A DNA stretch of 64,000 nucleotides from Antedon mediterranea. Taxonomy: Eukaryota; Animalia; Echinodermata. The stretch is from positions 21,114,912-21,178,911 of the forward strand of contig NC_092675.1 in NCBI RefSeq assembly GCF_964355755.1, given 5' to 3'. Below, one piece after another: positions 13,378 to 26,624 of the stretch. The position numbers were made by a program, and so were the translations under genes. Below the pieces are notes generated by a model, which did no database searches, was not told the origin of the DNA, and saw nothing but the letters and a program-made list of their open reading frames with translations. Each line of letters begins with the position of its first letter. The stretch's first letter is position 1.

Positions 13378-15919
13378 GTCTATTGATTTCTGGTTGATTG
13401 GGAAGATTGTTTAGTACAATATTATTACAATAGATTTTTGAGATGATATCTATTTCAGTGTGATCAGTGAAATTATCAAGCATGAAGTGTCTCCTTTTAA
13501 CTAATTAAATAACAATTAATTGCTGATGGCTATCAAACCATTTTACAGTAAACTTTATAATCAATTTCTAACAAAACATGTAATGAACCTAAAGTGAGCC
13601 TGGTAATTATCGGAAGATCTACTTAATAATTTAAACAGTGTTTCTTTTTCACACGATCCTAGTACAAGAATTTTAACGGCCAATAATCAAGAAAGATAAT
13701 AATATGATATAGTAGTACATTATAAAAAGAGAAATGGATATGGAATAATGTGTTTTGGGATATCACTATATCTCCCCTCTAATTTGTTTTATTGACAGAT
13801 CACATGGGTGTAATTTTTATCTATAGGACCTCCACCCCTGTGCTAGTTTTTATCTATTATAGCACCACTCTCTTTGAATTAGTGGATGTGCTATAGATTG
13901 GAAAGGTGAAGATGTTATAAACACTATGTATAGTACACAGTACAGTACTGTACATGAAGATTTTATCTATAGTAACTTTTGAAAAGGTGATGTTTCTATA
14001 CTTTAGATTATAAAAGTGGAATGTGTTAATTACAGTAGGGCTAGTCCATGCTTAGTTGGTTTCATGGGCACAGTTATCGCTAACTTTGGTGGGTAGGAAC
14101 CTACTCACCCTGGTACTTACTCTAAGTGTAAAATAAACTTGGCCCACGTATGAAAAAGCACATGGATGTAGTTTTTGATTATCATGGCAAGGTAGTGCTT
14201 TATCAAAAGGTGAAGGAAGCCATTATAGTTATCTAATAGAACTTCCTCAATCTTTGTATCTGTAAATGCATACAATTTTTAAGCAACAATGACAATTTCC
14301 ACTATGGAGGAAATGGAAGGAAAAACACAACTTGGGAACATTCCCATAACTGCTAGCCTTTTCCTACTGTTACTAAAAAGTGTATTGAAATGAAATAAAG
14401 TTCCATGCCAAATACACTGACTAAGATTAAGAAGGATAAAAAGTTTAAAATATGTCAGAATGTCATACTAATACCTTTTTTTAGGACTCAAAATAATATT
14501 TTTGTAATTAATAATAATTTAAAATTGAACTTTTTTTGTTCTGTATTAAATGAAAATTACAGTATAGTAACATTACAAACCGTAGTAGGTTATTTATGTA
14601 ATATTATTTTACAAGACTGTCAAATACGACATATATTTTTAACCAGGCTTTATATTAACTTTCAACAATGGCCTTCATACACATATTGCAATAAACAAAC
14701 TATTAATAAACAGAAATTTGCATTTGCATACACCTTTGCCATGTTTCTTAATATCAGTCAATTAAAGCATCGCATGAGAACTGTTATCGTTCGTGTTAGC
14801 CCACATTTATTGGTGATTTCCCGTCCACCGCTCAAACAGGTCTTTAGTGAATGCACCACCTTTATCACGACCAATTACAACCAGCGAACAACTATTGTTT
14901 TCCTGCCAGATGAAATTTCTTCTGGTATGTACACTTGAAAAGAAGTTGCGATCGGCTATTGATCCAGTAATATTTGTAGTGGCAAAATGACACCGATACT
15001 CATCTTATCATTAAAACGTCAATTCCCTTTCTTTTTTTTAATTGCCAAGTTTAATATAAATAATATTAAAAAACCTTTAAGGGTGATGATATTTATCATA
15101 TACGTTTTCTAAATTTGTCAATTTTGCCACAGGTTTTACACAAACTTAACAAATAACAAAAAATATTCTAATTTCTGTCCCAAACAATGGCTCTCAATTT
15201 AAAGTCATTTAAATGCTGAAATTTATAATTATAAATCATTTTTATTGTTCTTAACTTAATTTCCAATATGGTTTCCTACTAAAAATATCACTATAAATAT
15301 AAAAGTATTTCGTAAAGGGTTTTATGGTTTCATAGTTCTTCTTGTTGATTCTTTCTTTTTTCATATTTCTAGAAAACTATAAAGCCTAAATTTTTGCAAC
15401 AATCACAAAATTTCAATCTGAAGTATATATTTTCACAGTGCTGAATTGTATCTATTTTGGGCTAAAAAAAAAATATTATTACAATAATATAAAATTCACT
15501 GGTATCTCTCATTAACAATTTTACTTACTGTAGATGTTCTTTTACTTTCCTTTTAAATTCATTGATTGTCAGAAATTATTGTATTGAAAATTTATGTACA
15601 GTAAAAAAAAATAGGTGTAATTGGAGATACAAACAATCCCTTACACACATAAGCCATCAAACTCATAAGTATCAGCACATTGTCTTTTCAACAATAAAAT
15701 TTAATTTGAAGATTTGATGGCCTACAAGGGAACAGTGTTCTCATGAAATGACAAAATGTGTCAAATGTGTTATCAACACAATACTTAAATTGAATATTTA
15801 ATTTGACCAAATAAATACAGTAGTAAAAGTTTAATATAAAAATTAATTTAAAATATAATCGTTCAAAGAATAAATTCTATATATATAACATCTATTTCTT
15901 TTGTATTTAAGTTAAGATT

Positions 15920-15992
15920 GTTTGTTGGTTGTTATTTATCTATACTGGGTGATTTCTTCAGTCAAAGACTGGTCTCCCAGATGGCCCAGTTA
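15920..15992 (-). mobile_element. Probable CR1/L2-group LINE 3' terminus
   Basis: Minus strand reads ACTGGGCCATCTGGGAGACCAGTCTTTGACTGAAGAAATCACCCAGT (nested stem-loop), then GATAAATAA and a CAA-rich simple-repeat tail. Confidence 0.5.
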
Positions 15993-17559
15993 TGATCAGT
16001 GGCTGTGATGTACACTGGGGTAATTTGAATACTAAAGCATAAACAGTTTAACAAAAAGAATTAACTTGATTAGATGCTAGATATTTAATATAGATTCATT
16101 TATTAAAATATTTTTAATAATTGTTATTTAAAAACATTTGAAATATGAAGAAATAAGAAAGAAAAATTGAATATTTATAAAAAATCTAAGAAAAAATTCC
16201 ATATTCGGTCTTAACAAAAAGATGTTAGTATTTGCCAAAGGAGGGCAAGTAATGTCACGTACTACATACGGTAAGATCCAAATCAGAATTTATTTAATTC
16301 TATTTGTCTGCCATGAGACCGACAATTAAAGAAACTAATTTTTTCAACAAATCCCAAATGAAATGTCCACTTCTCTCTGGCCTCTGTTTGACCCGCACTT
16401 CATAAATATTTGGGATTAAAAATAAAGTTTTTTACACAGCCAATAAAAGTGACTCAGCTATGACCTCATTAGCGATGGCTGTTTCTCAATTTTTTTGCTA
16501 GTTTTTCTATTCTAAATGTGGGTTGCAAAAATAGTTCAGGAGAACTTTATTAAATTAGATAATTACCTGTGCTTGCACCAAAATCCCCTTCCATAATTGT
16601 AAAGTAGCAGTTTGCCACTAGGGCCTTGAGACCTAAATGAGCTAATTTGATTTGCTTGAAAAATCTACCTAAAGACCTTATGTCTACTACAGCTTGTAGG
16701 CAGACAACCCTTATCTAATACAAATCATAGGACTCTACCAGGAAACAGAGGATATAAATTTTCCTCGTTCGTTTTCTTAAAGATCAATTTTATTTTTTCA
16801 AAAAAGAAAATGTTTCGGGAAGTCTATGAGATAAGTATGTTTCGTAACTACTAGTTAATATGTCACCCTGTTGGTTATCAAGGGTAAAGGCAACATCGAT
16901 CATATGGCTCAGAGCCAATTCTCTCAAGATGGCGGTGTTTGTCGTCCACTGCGACTCAACTATTACCTCGGGCTATGCAAAAACTTTACTTATGGATTAA
17001 AAGTCTTAAATGTACTATGTAAGCTTAGATCGAGAAACTAAATCTAATAAAAATCATATAATAAAAAAGAAAAACATAACAAATATAAAGAAAATGAATT
17101 TAATAAAATCAAATAATAAAAAAGAAAAAAAACAAATGTGCATTTATTTTATACATGTATTTCTGTCTGCCATAAAAAAAAACCTACAGACTAAAATATT
17201 AAAACTAAAATAATTAAGCTAAAATAACACCATATTTTGCATTCAGTTTAAATTAATATTCAATTACAGTGGATTAGTGATAAAATGAAATTCCAGGTGA
17301 TTAAAGGATTTGTCTGATGAATAATTATGAAAAATGTATCCTGTTTGTTTATCCAATGCAATATTTATAAATATTTTCAATTAGTAGTATCTCCTGATTT
17401 AAAAAAAAAGAAAAAAGATATTTAATATATATTTAAAACATCAATTTCAAATTTAAACTTTAATTAATACCAAACATTTATTTTTTATTATTTTATTTAT
17501 TTATTTTTTATTCAATTGAATTGGTTCAATAATTTAGAATTCCATGTCTGTAGCCACTA

Positions 17560-17651
17560 TTTTTAGTCTACTCTACAGCTCACTACGTCGGTCGGTTGGT
17601 CGGTAAACACTAACTTGAGCACGCAACTGCAGCCATGTATAAGGCCTTGTT
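17560..17651 (+). mobile_element. Short internally deleted Helentron-type non-autonomous element (HINE-like)
   Basis: T-run start TTTTTAGTC, (GTCG/GTTG)n microsatellite, 3' hairpin GCCATGTATAAGGC followed by CTTGTT. A related terminus appears reversed at ~42905-42917 (AACAAGGCCGTGT). Confidence 0.55.
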
Positions 17652-17673
17652 TACAGACTATTAATATTATAAT

Positions 17674-18352
17674 TTACCTCCGCCAAGGAGGTATATGTAA
17701 TCGGTAGCGTGTGTTTGTTTGTTTGTTTGTTAGCAGGATTACTCAAAAAGTAATTACAAGGTCTTTACCAAAATGAATAGACAGATAGATATGTGGTCAA
17801 GGACCATTCCATTAAATTGGGACCATTTGGGACCACAGTCCCAATTCTGGACCACTTTTTAGTATACTTTTCAGACCTGCTAGTGTTAAAAGATAGGACA
17901 GAATTTTTCAAAAGCCGGCGAGCAGTCTTAAAATAACAAGTAAACTGAAATTGCATTTTCTCGAGAACTACTTGTCCAAAAAACTTCATTTTTTAACAAG
18001 AGGCAAGAGTTATAATTTGTGATTTGTAATTTTAAAACATAATTTGATTTAATGTGCACGTTTTTTTTAATGCGAGTAGTTTAAAAAACCTATTTCTTTT
18101 CAAATTCACTCATTTGATTTTCGCGTTGCTGTTCTATTGTTAGTCAACTGAAGCTATTGTTAATTGAAAGGCTTGTTACATAACCATTACACCAAACTCG
18201 CATACACATGCTTGTAATGAAATTAGCCTAAATCACAAACAGCATTAAGACACACACAAATATATATATATTTTTTTTTTTACCGGAGAAATCTTACGTA
18301 GGAGAATTTTACAGTAGGCGGAGGTATGCACTCTCGGAGTGGCTTTCTAGTT
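17674..18352 (+). mobile_element. Helentron-associated non-autonomous element (HINE/DINE-1-like)
   Basis: Subterminal inverted repeats ACCTCCGCC / GGCGGAGGT, 5' palindrome ACCTCC..GGAGGT, (GTTT)n microsatellite, 3' hairpin CACTCTCGGAGTG, terminal TTCTAGTT. Confidence 0.85.
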
Positions 18353-20333
18353 GTTAGTGCTATCCAGTTCAAATCCTAGATTTTCCTCCTATGTATTATG
18401 TACCTACAATACTATGTTAAAAAAAAACCCAATTTACTTTACGTTTTCGTTAAAGGTCATGTAATAGTGTAGGCAGATACATTACAGCAGCCTGTTGTTT
18501 TATTGATCATGTGCTTGAACAATAGCAAAAGTGTTTAATTGAACATTTATGAAAAACAGCTTTCATAAAACGTTATCTTCAGAAGGTAGGTGATTATTAT
18601 GAAAGGGAATAAAAACATTTGACACATTTGTTACAAGCTATATCAAGGCCAGTTAAACACTATTAAACACAACAGCAAGGATTTAAAAAATAACTTATTG
18701 TACCAAAAGAGCATAATATCACCATAACCCTGTCATAATACTATTTAATTAATTAATTAATCTGCCTTTTTACTGAATGGTGCAGAATTGGAAAAACAGT
18801 TAATATTAAAAACATAGTTTTGAGGTATAGTTCACACAAATATATTGTATAAATTGGGTTTTTAGTTTGTAACATGTAAAAACACAGTATTTAGTGGCAT
18901 ATAGTTCTTTACTTAAATTCATTCATCTATTCGTTATAAGATTAATTAAAAAACTTATTTATCAGCAAAATTCTGGGTATAATGCACCCTTGATGATTTT
19001 TTTGAACAATACATTGTTTGATTTAGTATAGACAAATTCCAGTAATTATATAATTAGTTTATAAAAAGTATTAAATAAAATTGATAAGCTTTAAAAAGAC
19101 CAACAGGATGATATCGCTACTACTGGATATTTACCATAATTCATTCAAGATGATACTAGCAATAATACATGGATTTATCTCCAAATCCTCTATGCGTTCA
19201 CCACACAATCATACATGCACACCATGTTGAAAAAAATGTGTGAATAAAAAGATTGAAGGCCTAACAATGGATGAAAAACTGGTATAAGTAGGTAAACAGT
19301 TGATCGACCTAAGAATCAACCCTTCTCGGAGGAAATGTCTGCCTTTGTTAATCCCGTTGGAACTCTTTAAGGAAAAGCTCTCTACGATTCACTGCGTGCA
19401 CCGATTACACAAATATATGAATAATTGTAATTATAATTTATACAAATCAAATCCAAGACTACCCTGTTGATTCTAAAGTGAAAATAAAAGTTTAATCAAC
19501 TATATTTGAATGTTTGTATTTTATCTATTTCTGCACATAAACCACAAGACAATCTAAGGAGGAGAAAAACATTATAAAACAAACTTGATTTGAAATGATT
19601 CACCCTTTATAGTATTATTATTATTGTCAATAGAAACAATGGATATACTAAGATATGTTAAGTCTTTCTGTTGGAGAATAGCTGATAAATTAATAGTGAT
19701 TTTAACTCGGCATAGAACTGTTTACATTAATTTTGTGAATGTGAAAAACACCTAGGGGACAAACCTATATTCTGGGCAAAAAACAAGTGTTGCATGGTTT
19801 TATGCGGAACATGCAAAGAATAATAACAATTTAAAAATTGTGTAAATCCAAAATCAATATGTTGAATATAGAAGCGTACTGAAAAGAAATACAGCATACC
19901 TATCCATGGCAATTTAATCTGTAATTACCAACCTTGACATCATAACAAATTCCAATATTACTGAGCATGATACAGTACTGTATTAAAAAGTGTAAAACAA
20001 ACACAAAAAATTACACCTCGAGAAAAAAAATTAATTTTCTTCCCTTTTTTTAAAATATTGGTTGTTTGCACAGAGGCTAGGAAGTAATATTCATAAGTGT
20101 TAAAAAACCCCAAGGTTTCATATAGTTCATATGTTTTTCATCAATTTGCAGTATTTTTTTATGATTGCTTATGTGAACAGTATGATGATGAAGATACATA
20201 CCCTATTAGGTCACTGCACCTAAGTAGTAGGCCTAGTCAAGGCCTCCAACATACAAAACTGGTTATGATATTAACTATTATGCGACATGTATATTTGCCA
20301 TTTTTTATTCCTAATTTCATGATTAATAACCAT

Positions 20334-20445
20334 GTGTAGCTTGGTGGTTAATGTACTTGTAATTCCAATCCCAAGGTCCAGGGTTCAATCCTGATCTAAT
20401 ACCAGGGTTGTAACTCACGACTGTTTCAACTCCAACTTTTAGCTG
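20334..20445 (+). mobile_element. tRNA-derived SINE, copy 1
   Basis: A-box TAGCTTGGTGG, B-box GGTTCAATCC and body GTTGTAACTCACGACT shared with the copy at 23.2 kb; no intact cloverleaf. Confidence 0.75.
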
Positions 20446-20597
20446 CAAGGTAAAATAATGGCATCTTGAACAGTTTATTCGGTACTCTACTGTATGCACC
20501 AGAAATAGACCATTAAACAGTTAAAGCCCCATTCCCTACGTTTTTTAGATCTAATTTAAGATCACAAACTGTATTTAATGTAAAAATAATACTATAT

Positions 20598-21268
20598 GGT
20601 CCTATTGCGATAACTTTTTTCGTCTTTAAACGGTTAAAAATGTGAAAAATAAGTCGATTTTAATAATTATAGCGGCCCGCTATAAATCCCAAAATGCATT
20701 GCGCGCGGATTGATATTTTTGTTTTTCACCTGTAATTTGCCCACTTTTCGATCGATCGTGAGGCCAAAACAAATGGAAGACTCCTAACTTTTCAGCGAAA
20801 ATACCGGGTTTTCCCCAATTTGTATCAACGGAGTCTGGCAAAAATAGAAAGACAATTAATGCAGCAACTATACAACGTCAGGCTAGGTATATAGCTCGCG
20901 TACGATGTTCGTACGTTACCGATGTTTACCAGCTAGGCCTACAAAACTAAGCCTAGCTAGGCTAGGCCTAAGACCGTCCACGAGAGGTCGATCGCCGCGA
21001 GCTACTTAGGTAGTGCATTGTTTCTCACTTTTTATCATAATTTACCATAAAACGTACATTTAAGACAAGAAATGACATGGTTTAATGTTTTTAAAGTGAT
21101 ATATATGTATAATTTTCCAAAAAACGTCCAAAATTGCAGGGAAGGGGTCTTTAAAAGAATGTATATACAAAATCTACAGTATGAGTAAACCAAATACTGC
21201 AGAACATTAATACAGGCTAAAAGAAAATGTCGTCGCAATCACGTCTTTTGAAACTGCGGTCATTGCAA
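20598..21268. mobile_element. CpG-rich non-autonomous DNA transposon remnant (superfamily unresolved)
   Basis: Sharp CpG-rich block with a TAGGCCTA cluster; degenerate inverted ends ATTGCGATAAC / GTCATTGCAAT; no ORF. Confidence 0.5.
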
Positions 21269-23177
21269 TCTGTTTTATGCTGACATTCAGCGTATTAATT
21301 TGAGTGATTAATCTATGTATGATGGACAGGGCAAAGGTCAAACAAAAAAGGCAGAATCAATTTAAATATCCCAACATTTCTGTCATCATTAAGGTTGTAT
21401 AATGAACAAACATGAAATATTATCTTGCAAATTTATCTTTTTTCAAACTTTCAATGAGATTGAAGAATTTTTAATGTACCATGTTCATGTACGATGAAAG
21501 TGAAATTGACCATGCAAACATCCATTAAACATTAAAGTAATGCCTATAATGATTTTTTATTGTATTATATATTTTCTACACATTTTTATTTTAAACAAAA
21601 GGCACCATGTTTAAGATACTGTATTCTATTGAAATAAAATAATTATATTTTACAGGGTTTTGTTATGAACTTCTCATTTATTGACTTTCTGATGATTTAT
21701 AAACTATTTTCAGACCAAGAAGGTGTTATTATCATGGAAATTGAGTAGTTTTACCGTACTATTTTTAAATGGTATTTAAGAAGAATCATAATATACAGTA
21801 ATGTTGATTCCTAATATTCCGGTATGTTGAATATCAATTAATTGATACTGTGTCCATCAAAATATCTATATCCACAAAGAAATATCATTATGATATCATT
21901 AATAAACATAAAAATAGATTACACCTTCAGATTCCTTTGTGCAAACAATATAAAGATGCAATAAAAATTAATAGGATTAGTTTTCATTTTATAAGCAACA
22001 AGATACACAAGTCTGACGATGATTGGCATGTTTGAAAATTTCTGCATAGTAATACCACCACTGTTTGTTTGCATACATAAAACAACATCATACTGTTTTT
22101 AACTTTATATTATGTATTATTATGATACATTTTTATTACTAGTAATGCGTATTCATTATAACTGATTGACGTTTCTTCATTCACTTCATAAAACATTATT
22201 GATTAAACCTAGGGGCAAAAACAAAATAATAATTCACAATATAATTATTTAGTAGAAAGTAATCATCGGAAATGAAGAAAATTGCTAGTGTAATAGTGCT
22301 TATGTTATCAAAATTCATTTAATTTTGAAGAGAACTAGCAATGTCATAGTTTACAGTGCAACATGCAGTGGTGGTATATTGTTACTTTATACCGATCACG
22401 AACCTCGTTAATTTAAACACATCTATGAAAATGGAAAGTTTATGGAAGAAAAATCATCAAGTTTTTATTAAATTCCCTTGTATTAATGCCCTTGTAGAAA
22501 GGGTAGATCAAATTAAATGTTAAAAATGTATTATTATGGTCCTCAAGCTGGAAACTGAAGAAATTCAAAATTGTTTGTGGGGATTGGCCCTGCTTGGCTT
22601 ATGCAGATACTTTGGTATTAAAATCAAGGGTACATTAAGAGCTGTACAGGTACAAATTTCAAGAAACAGATTGTGGGCATAATCTTTTCAAAAATTGTTA
22701 CAAAGAGACTTATAAGGTGGTATAAAGATTGGGCAAAAATTGGCCTAAAATACTACTGTATGTGGCAGGAACTTAGCCGGGGTGACATCGTCTAGCTCGC
22801 CTTAGCGCAATATCACTTGCAATAAAGGGCGATGAAATTAAGTAATAAAATAATGCGACATGCAGAAAAGTAGGCTGATTAAAATGTATACCCTTTACAA
22901 TACAAGTTTAAATATCAAACAAAATACAAGGTTGATTCACAGTTTTTTTCTTTCATTAATTAAATATAAATTTGACATAATTGCAGTAAAAGAAGATAAA
23001 TGGAGATGTAAATGATGAATGGTGACAGTGGACGTGAGGTGAGAATGTAAAATGTAGGGTGCCAAGAAACTGAAGCCTGGATTTCAGTACAAACTAATTG
23101 TAAAGTATATAGTATTGTTTAATATGTTGAACCTAGTTTTCATATTGGTTGAGACCAGAGCTTAAAATTTAAATATG

Positions 23178-23290
23178 TGGAGTTGTAGTTGGTGGTAAAT
23201 GTACTTGCCTTACAATCTGACGTCCAGGGTTCAATCCTGACATGGTGCCAAGTGTTGTAACTCATGACTATTTCTACTCAACTCTCCAGT
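23178..23290 (+). mobile_element. tRNA-derived SINE, copy 2
   Basis: TGTAGTTGGTGGTAAATGTACTTG..GTCCAGGGTTCAATCCTGA..GTTGTAACTCATGACT aligns to 20334-20445. Confidence 0.75.
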
Positions 23291-26200
23291 ATCATGACAT
23301 TGCCGTGTTTCTTGCGGTTGTATGCGTATGAAATTTTGTCCAGTAATACAGCTTGAAATATATTTACTTTATTTGAACAATGCTACAAGAATATGTACTA
23401 AGAGTCATTGAACAACACACTGATCATCATACAGTTTATTTTATAGGATTAACTTCACTTCAAACATAAGAAACGTTTGAAACTTTTATTAGAACATTTT
23501 AAATGTTGTTCTCAATTATAGGCCTAAAATTAAATAGACGCATTATGTCTCATGTAAAGTATGTTTGATTATTTGAGAAAATAATTAAAGACATGCCATG
23601 GACCGATTCTTTAAACTTAAAACTTTGAGTTGGTATGTTATGTTTTTATTGTTATTGTTTCTTTCATTGACCATTGTTCGTAAAAATACACACAGGAACA
23701 TTGATACCATTGTCAATCCTATTATACCAAATGTACTATTTGCTGATAAAATATTAAAAATAAATTCTTTGATTCTGAGTGACAGGTTATAATAGTTTAT
23801 ATTGTATTAATATTTCCTTGACATGAATCAACAGATTTCACCAATTTCATTTTGATTAGAGAAAACTAGTTTTTGAATTAATTGGAAACATGGAAATATA
23901 AATCACAAATTAAAAATATCAACTGCGATTTGAACAAGTTTGACCTCATGCAAAGAAAAAAAACAATTTTGTATTGTCTGATTATCAATATTATAGAACA
24001 TGCAAATAAAATAATTAAGGTTTTATTTAATAATTAGTGTTATTACAATGTTATATGGCACGCAATGATAATGAAAACTATATGTTGACTTTATACATTG
24101 GTATTGGTAGTTTAATTAAGGATTGAAAAATGAAAACCATACAGAATCAAACAAGTACTATTTAGTGAATACATACATAATTCTGCTTTGGAAATTTGGG
24201 GTAAACCGACTAACACCCACATAAACATGGTTATACTATTTAAATATGTTCATAGTTAATTTAAATTATTGGTAATTTCATCTCATAAAACATAATTTGT
24301 ACGCCATATGTTTACATGTTTAGTGATCGGGTTACTTGCCGTCAACTAAAGTATTGATACGCACTTTAGATGCATATCACGTTACCCCATGAATACCAAC
24401 ACGAACCCATTCACTAAACAAGAAACAGGAAGGGGAGAACAGCCAATGACTGCGGCGCTTGGTTCCCGGTCGTCTGTAAATCAATTGTTTAACGGGTAAA
24501 GCTTAAATAAACAAACACCCGATCATTAACGAGCTATTGTTTTCACACACTCAGATATATTTGACAGCGCATTAAACCACGTATCATAACGAACAACAAA
24601 AGGTAACAATTTGATTGTCATATGAAGCTTCTGCTTGGAAGACCTGCGAACAAAGCCAGGGGAGATCGCATAACACCGAGTGAAGTGGTATTCCATTCAT
24701 TCCACCTCAAGCCAAATGCGATGGTAAAACGTCTCACGCACGTAAAAGAGGGAAATGAATACGGAATGGATGAACGAAGAAAGATAATGGATGAACGAAG
24801 AAAGATAATGGTTTCGCTCAGCTGTTATCAGTGGCATTAGACTGTAATTGTACATATTTAAGCTTTCTCTGTATCAAAAAATAATTATATCATTCACCAA
24901 TTATCAGTGACGTGTAAATGAATAGTTTCAATGAAATTCTAAACTTTATATTCAGACCTTTAATCATGTATAAAATAATAATAAAAAAAATTAACAATAC
25001 TTAGCCTACAAAAATTGACTTTTATCTATACTTAAATACATTTTCTGGAACTTTTATTGAAAATATAATTATTTATTCAGTTTGTTAATTCTTTTATATA
25101 AGTTTGTTGTAGAACCATGCTTCCAGGGAAAATTGGTGAAATATACGGGATCTCAGGCATTCCTGTAGATTGTACAATAAAAGTGTATATGCAACTTTTT
25201 AATTGTATACAGTACTGAAACCCTGTACTATAATAGAAATACTGAAAGTTAATTCCTCCCTGAAAACAAAAAAAGTTATCGAAATCCAATAGTAATGAAG
25301 CCATGTACAAAAGCCCTAGAACGCACTTTATTGCGGATAATTTAAGCATGAAAAGAAAGCAATATCATAAAATAAAAGAGTCGTACGTTGTATGAAACCT
25401 GAGCTAGATTGAAAGCTATTCGTTGTAAGTGGGTCTTTTATGTAGTGTAGACATTTCTTTTGTTCTCGTGAATTATTAATTAACTATGAGATATTTGGTA
25501 CCTGGTATATTTAATATGTTTTTATGTTTCAATGCGTTAACCAAAATTAACCAAATAGTGGGCGTTTTCAAAATTCAAATTAAAAAATTACACAGTATAT
25601 TACTGTCTGTGGTGCCAAAATATACAGTATTCGTATATTTTTGCAGCAGAATTGAGGGCTTTTAAAAAACATATAATATGCAGTATGTATTTCTCAATTG
25701 ATAATAATCATTTTTTATTTTAAACCATATTTTGAAGATATACAGCAGAAACAAGGATATGGATTTTCATGATTTGACAATGAATTATTAGATATGCAGG
25801 AGAATTATTACGGTAGATATGCAGGAAAATTATTATGGTTAAATATTTGTTTTAATTTATATTTTTCTAAAATAAACATTTTCATTGATATTTTACAAAG
25901 ATACAGATTTAATTTACAATTGGGATTGCATTGTAACCATATCATATTTATATAATATATTTATATGTATTGTCTTGTGCTATAAAATTTGTTATCAACT
26001 TTTCTCATATTCACAAGAGCATGGGATCTGCCCAGCTGCATGTTTCATATCAGAGACATCCATAAAAAAAATACAATCTTTGAAAATGAATAAGATAGGA
26101 TTGCAATTAGCCTACTTAGAAGCAACCTTTATAAGGTATTCTTATTGTAATAGATGATTTGAAATACTTTTGATAACAACTGCTTTTTATTAAAAATAAC

Positions 26201-26464
26201 CTTTTGATATATCTGTTGATTGAACATTTGTTGTCAGCAATGGCAGACCTGGAATAATGAAAAGAATCCAAGTTGAGAGGCTTCTGTGATCCTATCCTCC
26301 AGCCCACCTAATCCACAGCAAACCCAAATAAGTTTTTACTTGATAGGAAAAAAAAAACAATAAACAAACAAAAACTTTTACTATTTACCAAGAAACCTGC
26401 TTATTAAGTTCGAGAAACTTCTGATGGTAAAAATGGCAAGTAGTTGTCAGCAGATGTCAATCAA

Positions 26465-26624
26465 ATAGCTGTTATTTCGTGTCGCAGCTAAAAATTGCTC
26501 AGCGATAACCGGTTAAATGGCGTTCTAACACCGAATTAAATGGGTTTCTTTTTTAACCGGTCCAAGAAAATGGCGTTTATTCACACCGTTTTTAACCGGT
26601 TATTTATGCAGCAGAAACAAGCCC
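26465..26624. mobile_element. MITE half-copy (GCAGCAGAAAC-terminus family with TAACCGGTTA repeats)
   Basis: Ends GCAGCAGAAACAAGCCC; ~26475-26535 is the reverse complement of ~33418-33470 with few mismatches. Confidence 0.7.

Noticed and set aside
14405-14938. Longest ORF (177 aa, plus strand)
   Set aside because: AT-rich I/F/N/K-biased composition, no recognisable domain, antisense within an intron.
20334-20410. tRNA gene
   Set aside because: A and B boxes are present but there is no acceptor stem or cloverleaf; a second diverged copy shares the downstream body, indicating a SINE.
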